DNA of 63,986 bases from an uncultured Thermoplasmatales archaeon. GTDB lineage: Archaea > Thermoplasmatota > Thermoplasmata > Thermoplasmatales > GCA-001856825. Positions 53,588 to 63,198 of the stretch are shown piece by piece. Positions within the stretch are counted from its first letter, which is position 1. Each line of letters starts with the position of its first letter. The DNA is taken from NCBI GenBank assembly GCA_964391105.1, contig CAYMKC010000001.1, positions 1-63,986 of the forward strand. Direction: 5' to 3'. Position numbers and translations under genes: made by a program. A model generated the notes under the pieces. The model was not told the origin of the DNA. It ran no database searches and was given only the letters and a program-made list of their open reading frames with translations.

Positions 53588-56500
53588 CGAAATCCTCCAG
53601 CGTTTTTATGTTGATGTCCCTTGCATCAAATATGGAATTTACAGACTCCCTCATTATCTTAATCCTCTGCCTCACGTAGTTGCTGACATCGTACTGGTTC
53701 GTGATGTTGAAACTTGTGTCCAGGTACTTAGTTATGTTTCCGCGGTGAACCGTGCCAACCAAGGTAGTTCCGCATTTCCTGCACTTGCCGGTTATTGGAA
53801 GTCTCCTGTAGATCTGGTTACAGCTAGTGCACCTGAAAGTCTGTGAACCGAACTTGTTCAGGTTGCCCATAATGTCTGGTATGAAGTGTGACTTTAGTAT
53901 TCTTTCTGCCATGTCGGATACATCCACAGCCCTGATCTTCTTCGCCAGCTCCAACGTCATGTCCAGCTTCTGCTCCATGCTCTGTATGCTCTTGTAGCTC
54001 GAGCTCATCGTCCCCAGGTTGATGGAGGACGTGTCGTCGGTGAACTCGCACTTTGGAAAGAACTCCCCCTTTTTCACGCGCATTCCTGCCGTAACAACGT
54101 ACTTCGTTATCTCGGACGGATCCGGAAACTTCATGGTCATTTCAAGGAGCTCCGAAGGGTATTCCCCAGTTATGTCCAGGTTGAGAGCCTCCTTGTCAAT
54201 CTCGTTTGGGTTTATTCTCAAGGAGAGTACCAGAGGGGCATCCATGAGGCTCCCTCTTGAGTTTGGGAGGTAATCGAGTGAGAAGTTCAGAAGTCCGTCG
54301 AGAAGGAGCATTATAGAGTCTTCGTCGCCATCGCAGTTCCTTCTCTTCGCCGCGTGAAAGAATGGGTGGGCATAGCAGACGTCCCCATCTGTATAACCGA
54401 TGATCCTTCCGAGGATACCACCGGAAGTGTGCGGTGCCAGGCCTATAACTAGCGAACCGATCAGGTGTTCCCTGTCTTTGGCTCCGTAGAACCCCTCAAT
54501 GTTGTAGAATTTCTGTAAGAGGGTGTCGATGTAATTTGACACCCTGAGCAAGTACTCCCCAGCCTTCTTGCTAGGTACTATGTCCTGCGGGAACATTTCA
54601 ATCATCTGGGAAGCATCTGTAAGTTTCTTGCCTCTGTAGTCCTTTGTGTATCCGAGTTCTATTGCCCTGCCTGGTGTGAGTCCTATCTCGTCGAGTCTGG
54701 CGTGAGTTAGTGGAACGTCTGACATGTCAAACCTGCACGTTCCATCCTTGAACGGGTACACAGAGTTTGCGGCCCTAAGCAGACCCTTTTCAATGGGTTC
54801 GGGGGTCTTGTGGGTAGACGTCAGTCCCCTGACTCCGTTCACTTTCTTGGGAAGCGAGATCTCGAGGGCGTTCCCTTTTTCCCTCAGTATTTCAGAAATG
54901 CTAACATCAAACTCCCTCGTCCTATCTGTTGGTGTTGTGTGCGTTCCACACTTTTCACACAGATTCCTGAATGTAACGTCTCCGCACCCTGGGCATTGTC
55001 TGACCTGCATCTCAGGTCCAAGGAGTTCCGAGTATTGATTCAAGTCTCTTCTGTTTTTCTGCACGTTACCTATAGGGAACAGAACGTGGACAGGAGGGTT
55101 CATCTTTCTCTCCTCTGCCTTTTCAGGTCTACCCATCCTCGCACCGATCCTCGTGAGTCCCTTGGGGTAAACAGGGAAACCAGCAAGGTCATTGACAGAC
55201 TTCATAACATCATTGCCGACCACCCTCTTGGAAGAGACGAGCTTGTTGTTCTTGATCTGGAACCCTAGGGGAACGATAAGACTTCTGAATTTTTTCACCT
55301 TTATCCTGTCCTTTGTCTCGTATTCACATAGAAGGTTGATCAGGATCCGTTTGTTGAATTCTGTAACCGGGAGCGAGAGATGGCCATCTTCGATTCTCGC
55401 GTCGTTCTCGAGTATCTCTATAAAGAGTTGAATGTCCTCCACACTCACGTCGTGCCATAGGTAAGTATACGATGGGTGCAGGGGTATCTTGTGAACCAAC
55501 GACGCCTCAATGGCCTTTTCTTCATCGGTGACATCAGGTATGAACCCTATCTTCTTTATGCAAACCTGTTTCCACCATGATTCTGTGAATGCCCCGGGGA
55601 AAACCACCTTATTGTTCTCTATGAATTCACCGAAAGAAATCATAATCTCGCCAAGATCAACGATCTCGCTTACCCTTTCCTTGATAGAAGCATATTCGCT
55701 CTCGCTCTTGAGGATGACGAGGGTTCCCGTTTCCAGAAGGACCGCAGGGCCCTCCAAATTGGAGTTCGCCACTACAGCTCCGGCCTTCCCTGGTCTCTCC
55801 ATTTTTATCTGTGTCCCCAGGGCTATGAAGTCATCAAGAACCCTCATCGTGATCGGGTTGATCGCAACCGCCGCGAGACCAGTATTCCTTGACCTTCCAT
55901 ACCTCAATCTGAATCCCCCCTTTCTTGAAGGGTACGAAAGAGCGGGTCTCCCCGCCAGCATTTCCTTGAGATAGTTCGAGTTTGGATAGACGTTCTTTTC
56001 TTCCTTTTTCTCCGACGAGAAGGACCAGCCTTCGAGTCCAAAGGTGGTAACGTACTTCTTCAACTTCGGTCCCTTAAGTATGAGCCCCTCTGCTATTACG
56101 AGTGCCATTCCTCCCCTCAGCCTGTTGGTCTCTATGTCCGGGAGATTCCTGTGGCCCGTGATCTCTGCTTCTTCGGTACCTTCTCCTGTTATGCACACCG
56201 GAGATCCATTAACAGCGGTCTCGATTTCTTCAGTCGTTGGAACGTATTGCAGGTGCTGAACCCTTGCATACAGGGGTATCTCCTCCTTTGTTCTTTCTAT
56301 CTCTTCTTCGCTGGCAACGTACTTACCAATCTTGAATTTTCGCCTGAGTAGATCGCCAACAAAAACGCTCAGTGCCTGTGCAGTTCCACCGGCACTTCTT
56401 ATCGGTCCGGAATAGTAGATGGCAAGATAGCTATCTCCTCTCCTCTGCTTTATCTTGACCCCAGTTATTCCCTCGAGGGGTGCAACGAGAATCCCCTCTG

Positions 56501-56849
56501 TAAGAATCGCAAGCGCTACCCTGATCCCTTTCTCTATCTTGACTTCGTCCGGTCCTTCGAACTTTTCGGACACTTTGAGCGCTGCCTCTATTGCGACCCT
56601 CTCCCTGTCAAACTTCTTCGAGAGTTCCTTTATGGTCTCCGAGGCCTCGATACCGGTGAGTGCTTGGACTCTACCAGCGAGATCCTCAGCCTGGGGAATC
56701 TCGACGGTAGTTTTGCAGTCCTTTCCCTGGGCCCTGGCCCTCGAGGCAATTTCGTACTGAAGGCTCGAACCATTCTTCAGAATCTGGAAATAGTTCTCGA
56801 GCTCATCAGTCATTGGCTGCCAATCAAGTTTTGGAATAAATATTTTCAA
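53577..56849 (-). CDS. polC: DNA polymerase II (PolD) large subunit DP2
   Basis: 1090-aa archaeal DP2, with Zn modules CPGCGD...CEKCG and CTSCNQ...CRKCG and no intein. The start may instead be at MTDELENYF. Confidence 0.9.
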   Translation of the reverse strand: MKIFIPKLDWQPMTDELENYFQILKNGSSLQYEIASRARAQGKDCKTTVEIPQAEDLAGRVQALTGIEASETIKELSKKFDRERVAIEAALKVSEKFEGPDEVKIEKGIRVALAILTEGILVAPLEGITGVKIKQRRGDSYLAIYYSGPIRSAGGTAQALSVFVGDLLRRKFKIGKYVASEEEIERTKEEIPLYARVQHLQYVPTTEEIETAVNGSPVCITGEGTEEAEITGHRNLPDIETNRLRGGMALVIAEGLILKGPKLKKYVTTFGLEGWSFSSEKKEEKNVYPNSNYLKEMLAGRPALSYPSRKGGFRLRYGRSRNTGLAAVAINPITMRVLDDFIALGTQIKMERPGKAGAVVANSNLEGPAVLLETGTLVILKSESEYASIKERVSEIVDLGEIMISFGEFIENNKVVFPGAFTESWWKQVCIKKIGFIPDVTDEEKAIEASLVHKIPLHPSYTYLWHDVSVEDIQLFIEILENDARIEDGHLSLPVTEFNKRILINLLCEYETKDRIKVKKFRSLIVPLGFQIKNNKLVSSKRVVGNDVMKSVNDLAGFPVYPKGLTRIGARMGRPEKAEERKMNPPVHVLFPIGNVQKNRRDLNQYSELLGPEMQVRQCPGCGDVTFRNLCEKCGTHTTPTDRTREFDVSISEILREKGNALEISLPKKVNGVRGLTSTHKTPEPIEKGLLRAANSVYPFKDGTCRFDMSDVPLTHARLDEIGLTPGRAIELGYTKDYRGKKLTDASQMIEMFPQDIVPSKKAGEYLLRVSNYIDTLLQKFYNIEGFYGAKDREHLIGSLVIGLAPHTSGGILGRIIGYTDGDVCYAHPFFHAAKRRNCDGDEDSIMLLLDGLLNFSLDYLPNSRGSLMDAPLVLSLRINPNEIDKEALNLDITGEYPSELLEMTMKFPDPSEITKYVVTAGMRVKKGEFFPKCEFTDDTSSINLGTMSSSYKSIQSMEQKLDMTLELAKKIRAVDVSDMAERILKSHFIPDIMGNLNKFGSQTFRCTSCNQIYRRLPITGKCRKCGTTLVGTVHRGNITKYLDTSFNITNQYDVSNYVRQRIKIMRESVNSIFDARDINIKTLEDFDDT

Positions 56850-57460
56850 TACTCGAAAAGGTCTTTTGTAATGGTGTTAACGGTTTTCCATGACTTCCTA
56901 ACGTGTGGCGGTAGTTTTCTGTTCTTCCTGAAATAATCCTTGAGAAAGGAGATAGTCTTCTCATCAGAGGGATATCCAGAACCAAAGTCACCTATCTCTT
57001 TCTTTATCCTTGAGATCTCTCGTTCGCGGGTCACTTTGGCTATGATTGAGGCTGCTGACACTAAGGGGAAGTTGACGTCCGCCTTGTGCTTTGAAGTTAT
57101 TTTGCTATTTCCAGTCAGTTCTGTCAGTAATCTGGAGAATCTCTCTTCGTTTACGTCGGGGCAGTCTATCGTGTAATCGTTTCCGGGTTTGATCAGCCTC
57201 GAGATGACCTTTGCCTCCAAAAAATTCAGTTCGTTCTTGAATGTAGAATCGTCTATTTCTTCTTCTCCTACTATTATAAATTCTACGTGATCAGCAGATT
57301 TAACGATCGCGTCAAACATTTTCTCCCGTGTGGGCTCAGAGAGTGCCTTCGAGTCCTTGACACCGATCTTTTTTATTGAATCCGGATCGCTGCACACAAC
57401 GGCAATGACCATCGGTCCTATTACCGGTCCCCTTCCCGCCTCATCGATTCCGCAATACAT
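56846..57460 (-). CDS. rnhB: Ribonuclease HII
   Basis: GIDEAGRGPVIGPMV and DSKALS. 4-nt overlap with the polC start. Confidence 0.9.
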   Translation of the reverse strand: MYCGIDEAGRGPVIGPMVIAVVCSDPDSIKKIGVKDSKALSEPTREKMFDAIVKSADHVEFIIVGEEEIDDSTFKNELNFLEAKVISRLIKPGNDYTIDCPDVNEERFSRLLTELTGNSKITSKHKADVNFPLVSAASIIAKVTREREISRIKKEIGDFGSGYPSDEKTISFLKDYFRKNRKLPPHVRKSWKTVNTITKDLFEY

Positions 57461-57534
57461 CCTTAGTCGTATCGGTTTCCACTCTATTATATTAATCTGA
57501 ACTCACTGTTCAAACACGCAGCATCAGAGGGTGT

Positions 57535-58473
57535 TCAAGAAAGAAGTATCGAATTTTCTAGAGAGATTCCATCTGCTTCCCTGAGCTCGAGGTCGCTAGT
57601 GATACTGATTCTTCCGAACTCCGTGTCTACCAGGTAGTAATGTTTCACTCCACTCTCCGCAAATTTGATCTTGATCTTGGTTCCCCCTCCAATCGTTACC
57701 CTCGAAGGATGGATCGCGTAGGTACGTCCCGCCGACTCAAAGATATTGTAACCGAGTATCCTTGCTATCTGGACAGTCTTAGGATGGTTCAGCACTTTCT
57801 CTTTTTCACCATCATCAAGTATCCTACCTTCGTCGAGTATTGCAATGCTGTCTCCCAGTATCTCGGCGTCAGCGAGATCGTGGGTCACATATATGATTGA
57901 AACTCCGAATCGCTCCCTTATGTCTCTCAGGTACCATCGCATACTGCTCCTCAGGAAGGAGTCTAGGGACGACAGAGGTTCATCCATCAGAATCAAATCC
58001 GGTCCTATGACAAGTGTCCTTGCCAGGGCGACCAGTTGCTTTTCGCCACCGCTCAGCTGTGATGGATACTTGAGGAGGTGATCCTGGAGGGAAAGGGATC
58101 TGGCGATCTCAACCACTTTGTCGTTGATTTCCTTAACGTCATTACTCCTGATTCTGAGTCCGTATGCTATGTTTTCCGCAACGCTCATCGAATAGAACAG
58201 TCCGAGGTCCTGGAACACGAATCCTATGTTCCTCTTCTCGATCTCCAGATCCGTTATGTCCTTACCATCCTTCGTGATCGATCCGCTATCCGGTATCGTG
58301 ATTCCTGCGATCGAGTTCAGTATGCTCGTCTTCCCGCTTCCCGATGCACCAAGGATCACCTTGATCTCTTTGTCTCTCAGAGTAAAACTGACGTCTTTCA
58401 GTATCACCTCTTTCCCTATATTTTTGGATATGTTCTCCACCCTAAGTTTGTCCAGCAGCACCACCCTTTCCAA
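57535..58473 (-). CDS. ABC transporter ATP-binding protein (ThiQ/PotA-like)
   Basis: Walker A GASGSGKTS, signature LSGGEKQ, and Walker B LILMDEP. Confidence 0.85.
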   Translation of the reverse strand: MERVVLLDKLRVENISKNIGKEVILKDVSFTLRDKEIKVILGASGSGKTSILNSIAGITIPDSGSITKDGKDITDLEIEKRNIGFVFQDLGLFYSMSVAENIAYGLRIRSNDVKEINDKVVEIARSLSLQDHLLKYPSQLSGGEKQLVALARTLVIGPDLILMDEPLSSLDSFLRSSMRWYLRDIRERFGVSIIYVTHDLADAEILGDSIAILDEGRILDDGEKEKVLNHPKTVQIARILGYNIFESAGRTYAIHPSRVTIGGGTKIKIKFAESGVKHYYLVDTEFGRISITSDLELREADGISLENSILLS

Positions 58474-59950
58474 TCTGGTTAATGACGAACGAGGAGACGA
58501 ATATTACGATCAGAAATATTTCAGTCAGGTAGTAGGTATCTCTTAAGTCTCTCAGGAGCAGCAACTTGTATATTCCCACGGTTATCGTTTCGGTCGAAGC
58601 GGTATAGACGGTGATGATGGAAGAGAACTCACCCATCACGGTGATGAACATTAGGGCCAATATTGTAGAGACCTCCCGCTTTATCCTCGGGAGCTGGACC
58701 CTGAAGAAAGTTGAAAATGCAGAGTCTCCCATCGACTTGGAAGAGTTGGTCTCAGACACTGGAATGGTGTCTATGGATTGTATCATCATTCTCAGGTTCA
58801 GAGGTACGACAGTCACGGTGAAAATCAGAACGATTAAGATGCCTGTTGGGACGTATTCCCCAAAGACCAGAAAATACGAAAGTGCGAGGGTGACCGGTGA
58901 AAAGATAATGGGTAGAAGTACGACGAATTGATTCCTGAACGATGAGCGGTAGACTGTAACTGCTATAGAGATCAGCAGAGCAAAGAAGGTGCTGACAAAA
59001 GAGAAAAGAATGGTGTTGGTCAGAAGCATCGGTATAGATATCTGAAGCCGTCTGGTCACCTCAGCTAAACTTATTTGCCACAGAGGGAAGCGAAGGAACA
59101 TCTCGAATAGGGGGGTTAAAACAAAGACAACGAAGATTAGGAGACCCGCTAGAGCGATCCCGTTGTAGCGTCTGAGCGGTAGGGGGAGGTTCGAATCGTT
59201 TCTTCTGGAATTTGACCGTACCGACAGATACGCGTAAAGGGGGACTATCAGAATGCCAAGCTGTAGGAGTCCTAGGAGGGAAGCTGTGGAGAACGGAAAC
59301 TGACCGAAAGAAGGGAAGACGTTCTTGAATTCGTATATCATCACTTCAACCGTGGAATATGATGGGCCGCCTATTATAAGCGGGAGACTGAAACCCTCGA
59401 ACGACAGTATGAAAGTCAGAATCCCTCCCAAGAGTCCACCTCTCATGGAGTTCGGAAGATAGAACTTCGAAACGACCTGGGAATCGCTAGCCCCTAGAAT
59501 CTTTGCAGAATATACCTCACGGATGCTCGTTGCGTTTCCTGTGGAAAATGCAAGGACGGCTATCATCGGAGAGTTGTATATGACGTTTCCATATACGATT
59601 TCCCAGAATCTCGAGGAGAAACCAAAGATCGAAATTATGCCGAGGGCCATTATGAGACCCGGCAACACATATGTTACGAGCAGGATGGATATAATGACCC
59701 CCTTCATCCTGCCATTGTAGACGATCAAGAGAATGCCGAAAAGAAGACCCAGTCCCAGGGAGATCCCAGTTGAAACTGTGGCCTGAAGGAACGATTGCTT
59801 GATGGCAGATGAAAGAACTTCAATGAGCAGTTTTGATAGAGATGCGTGAATTGAGTAGTAAGAGAGGAAGAGAAGGGGTACTACCACTACAATGACCGAG
59901 TAGAGGGATATGTAGATCAGCGACAACCTGAATCTAGGACTCAATTGCAC
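58442..59950 (-). CDS. ABC transporter permease with two fused domains (ThiP-like)
   Basis: 502 aa with about 12 TM helices in duplicated halves. Confidence 0.8.
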   Translation of the reverse strand: MQLSPRFRLSLIYISLYSVIVVVVPLLFLSYYSIHASLSKLLIEVLSSAIKQSFLQATVSTGISLGLGLLFGILLIVYNGRMKGVIISILLVTYVLPGLIMALGIISIFGFSSRFWEIVYGNVIYNSPMIAVLAFSTGNATSIREVYSAKILGASDSQVVSKFYLPNSMRGGLLGGILTFILSFEGFSLPLIIGGPSYSTVEVMIYEFKNVFPSFGQFPFSTASLLGLLQLGILIVPLYAYLSVRSNSRRNDSNLPLPLRRYNGIALAGLLIFVVFVLTPLFEMFLRFPLWQISLAEVTRRLQISIPMLLTNTILFSFVSTFFALLISIAVTVYRSSFRNQFVVLLPIIFSPVTLALSYFLVFGEYVPTGILIVLIFTVTVVPLNLRMMIQSIDTIPVSETNSSKSMGDSAFSTFFRVQLPRIKREVSTILALMFITVMGEFSSIITVYTASTETITVGIYKLLLLRDLRDTYYLTEIFLIVIFVSSFVINQIGKGGAAGQT

Positions 59951-61034
59951 TCCATTCCAGTGACCAGGCTCCGATGCTCCTTGCAGCTACAGTCATGTTC
60001 ATGTAATAGTTCAACGGAGTGATAGAGGTGATCGGAGGGTTTACCGAATATGCTGATGGGAGCGCAACTTCAGAATTGGCGGGATACGTCCATTCATTAA
60101 GAGGTATCAGATTCTGAACATTCTTGCCTAAGAGCCAGTTAACAAATGCTTCGTCTATGGTTTTGTGCTTAGAGGAGTTCAGTATACCGGCCCCAAGTAC
60201 TTCCATCCAGGCGTAACTCTTACCACCGTAGTGGAACGGTGTTGTACCTATCTTGGAATAGTTGAAGTACTGGTTGTAAGCGGGATCAGTTGCGTAGGAA
60301 TAGAACATCTGCTCGGAACCGCCTTCAAACTGAGAAAAGCCGGAACTCCAGTCTTGGGTCACCTGTATGCCCCTCGAATTGTTCCAGAAGGATGTCCAAT
60401 TTTTTCCAAGTATCCCCGAGTAGAAGGCGATCTGTCCAAGCAGAAACTCCTCTCCATTTATGCTGCTGGTTGGGTTTTCAACGATGTACTGCTTGGCGAT
60501 TGTGGAGTTGTAGAGATCCATGTATGAAAGGTTCTGGACAATTGACAAGGGTAGGGGTCCCGAGAGATTGTAGTCTGAGGTGAGGGGGGAATACTCGTAA
60601 GGGACGACGTACCCTGAAGATTGGAGGAACGAAAACAATGAATCGTTGATGCTTGACTCATTGCTGACATGGAATTTGTAGAGGAGTCCACTATCTGCCG
60701 CAAGGTAGGAGTCTAAGTTGTTTAGCCCAATGACTATATCATACCCCTTGCCTTTTGTCTGTACAATCTGGTTGTAGAGGTCTCCGGACGAATTCTCCAC
60801 GTTCACCTTAACGTGATACCAGTTCTCAAAACCGTTGATAATGTAGCTAAGCGTCTGGTTTGGGTTTGCACCATACTGGAAAAAAGATCCGTAGGTCAAT
60901 ATGTCTATCGTTGGTTCACTCGATGGTAGAACACTAGGATAGACGACATAAACAAGCGCGGCTGCAACTATTACAATCCCCACTACAACGTAAACGGTGT
61001 AGTTTGTTTTTTTCTTTATTACTTCATTGCTCAT
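59934..61034 (-). CDS. Membrane-anchored extracellular solute-binding protein (ThiB-like; thiamine specificity inferred from the riboswitch)
   Basis: N-terminal TM anchor YTVYVVVGIVIVAAALVYVVY. It is the first gene of the ABC operon, directly behind the TPP riboswitch. Confidence 0.7.
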   Translation of the reverse strand: MSNEVIKKKTNYTVYVVVGIVIVAAALVYVVYPSVLPSSEPTIDILTYGSFFQYGANPNQTLSYIINGFENWYHVKVNVENSSGDLYNQIVQTKGKGYDIVIGLNNLDSYLAADSGLLYKFHVSNESSINDSLFSFLQSSGYVVPYEYSPLTSDYNLSGPLPLSIVQNLSYMDLYNSTIAKQYIVENPTSSINGEEFLLGQIAFYSGILGKNWTSFWNNSRGIQVTQDWSSGFSQFEGGSEQMFYSYATDPAYNQYFNYSKIGTTPFHYGGKSYAWMEVLGAGILNSSKHKTIDEAFVNWLLGKNVQNLIPLNEWTYPANSEVALPSAYSVNPPITSITPLNYYMNMTVAARSIGAWSLEWSAIES

Positions 61035-61035
61035 C

Positions 61036-61122
61036 TCTTTCCCTCCGCCAGTATTATCTGGGTCAGGTTCGACGGGTCGATCTGCTCGATCCTCTCAGCC
61101 CGCGTATGCGAGCTCCCCTGTG
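61036..61122 (-). promoter_or_regulatory. TPP (THI-box) riboswitch
   Basis: Minus-strand RNA: CAGGGGAGCUCGCAUACGCGGGCUGAGAGGAUCGAGCAGAUCGACCCGUCGAACCUGACCCAGAUAAUACUGGCGGAGGGAAAGAGAUG. All conserved blocks are present: GGGG.GC, CUGAGA, ACCC, ACCUGA, the CCAG-AUAAUA-CUGG hairpin and GCG.AGGGAA. Confidence 0.85.
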
Positions 61123-61605
61123 AATCTAGATTAAGACTGGCTATAAAAACCGTTGTCTGAGATGATGGTTGAATATTGCCTGCCGTTAACAGTTGATCTT
61201 CTTTGGATTACTCGATGGTTCAAGCTATGAGTACGGTCATAGGATGCTTAGACCGTTACTCTGTCTGTATCTGAGATGTCGTATCTTGGGCGCCTATCAG
61301 GACTGGCACTTTACAGAAAATGCATTGGAATCGTGCCCGTATACTAGTTAACATCCTCCACCCAGCGTTCCCCTTCCTTGAGACCATTCATAGTCGAACC
61401 TGAAATAGTAGCCACACAGGGGGCATTTCAATTGACAGAGCAACACGTCCTCAAATTCCCCCCGACCATGAGTCAAAAGGAACGAGCGAATTCCTAATTT
61501 GTGCATTAGGGTCGTTACGAGAACAAATATTCAAACACAGGTGACTAATGTCAACTGAAGTGACGGAGTCGGATAACATTTTATTACCTCACACATTATG
61601 GTTAT

Positions 61606-63063
61606 ATGTTTATATCAAAACTCGAAGAAGCCAAGATGGGTTATACCTACGACGATGTTCTTCTAGTACCGGGTCCTAGCAGAGTTGAGCCCGTTGGTGT
61701 AAGCGTCGAATCTTCGCTGACTAGGCACATCAAACTCAACATTCCGATCGTTTCATCCCCCATGGACACTGTGTCGGAAGCAGAAATGGCAATAGCCCTA
61801 GCGAGGCTTGGTGGAATTGGAATAATTCACAGAAACAACAGGAGAGAAATACAGGCAGAAATGGTACGGAAGGTGAAGAGGGAAGAGTCACTCATAATAA
61901 GGGACCTCTATACCGTGAGCCCCGATACATCGGTGCAGGACGCGATAGGAGTCATGTCGGGAAAGAAGATAGCAGGACTGCCGGTGATACTGAACAACAA
62001 GTTGGTTGGCATCCTGACCAACAGGGACATAAGATTTCTTAAGGGCAGTACACAGAGAGTGCAGGACGTAATGACAAAGGACGTAGTAACCGGAAATGTG
62101 AACCTCTCAATGGAGGAAGCACTGAGGATAATGAACCAGAGAAAGATAGAGAAACTCCCGCTGGTAGACGATTCCGGGAACCTTGTTGGTCTCATAACTG
62201 CAAAGGACATTTTGAAGAGAGAACAGGACCCTCTTGCAGTAAGGGATGAGGAAGGAAAATTGCTCGTCGGGGGGGCAGTTGGAGCATTCGATCTCGAAAG
62301 GGCAAGAATTCTGCAAGAAGCAGGAGCAGACGTCATCGTCGTCGATAGTGCTCACGGGCACAATCTGGACCTGATTGATTCCATAAAGAAGATGAGGAAG
62401 GAAATAGACATCGACATAATTGCAGGAAACATTGCTACTTCTCAGGCTGCAGAAGATCTCATTGTAGCGGGAGTGGACGGTCTAAGGACAGGTGTTGGTC
62501 CAGGCTCAATCTGTACGACAAGAATTGTTGCAGGAATAGGCGTCCCACAGTTGACGGCCGTCGCACAGGCCTCAGAAACTGCCGAGAGGCATGGAATTCC
62601 TGTTATTGCTGACGGGGGAATCAGGTACTCCGGGGACATCGTGAAGGCCATAGCTGCCGGAGCGAGCACAGTAATGCTGGGATCACTTTTGGCAGGAACA
62701 GATGAAGCTCCCGGGACCGAAATCAACATTTCGGGAAGGAGATACAAGACCTACAGGGGAATGGGGTCTCTTGGCGCGGTCATGGGAGGGGACAATGACA
62801 GGTACGGAAAACTCGGGACGGGGAAATTCGTTCCGGAAGGTGTAGAGGGTGCCGTCCCTTACAAGGGAAAAGTTGCCGATACCATATTCCAGCTGATAGG
62901 TGGTCTGAAATCTGGAATGGGCTATACGGGTTCTCCCACAATAGCCAAACTGAGAGAGGGCGGAAAATTCGTTGTTGTAACTCAGGCCGGAATCACGGAG
63001 AGCCATCCGCACAACGTGATGCTACTTACTGAGCCTCCCAACTATACAAACAGGACATTCTGA
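61606..63063 (+). CDS. guaB: IMP dehydrogenase
   Basis: [12 protein letters not shown], tandem CBS domains, catalytic [11 protein letters not shown], and GGIRYSGD. Confidence 0.95.
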   Translation: MFISKLEEAKMGYTYDDVLLVPGPSRVEPVGVSVESSLTRHIKLNIPIVSSPMDTVSEAEMAIALARLGGIGIIHRNNRREIQAEMVRKVKREESLIIRDLYTVSPDTSVQDAIGVMSGKKIAGLPVILNNKLVGILTNRDIRFLKGSTQRVQDVMTKDVVTGNVNLSMEEALRIMNQRKIEKLPLVDDSGNLVGLITAKDILKREQDPLAVRDEEGKLLVGGAVGAFDLERARILQEAGADVIVVDSAHGHNLDLIDSIKKMRKEIDIDIIAGNIATSQAAEDLIVAGVDGLRTGVGPGSICTTRIVAGIGVPQLTAVAQASETAERHGIPVIADGGIRYSGDIVKAIAAGASTVMLGSLLAGTDEAPGTEINISGRRYKTYRGMGSLGAVMGGDNDRYGKLGTGKFVPEGVEGAVPYKGKVADTIFQLIGGLKSGMGYTGSPTIAKLREGGKFVVVTQAGITESHPHNVMLLTEPPNYTNRTF

Positions 63064-63198
63064 TGAATTTGGAAGTACTTTAGTCGGTCCGATTAGGGAA
63101 CAAGACAGCACATTGCCTGAGCATAAGGGCCCTGACCAGAACACACAAAAAGCTGGAGGCAAGTAATATATTTGAAGTATCGTTGTGCCTTCGCAAGA

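Noticed and set aside
61428-61469. Apparent small Cys-rich ORF on the minus strand in the guaB upstream spacer
   Set aside because: Careful re-translation shows the ATG-initiated frame stops after 13 codons. The longer Cys-rich reading came from my own frame error.
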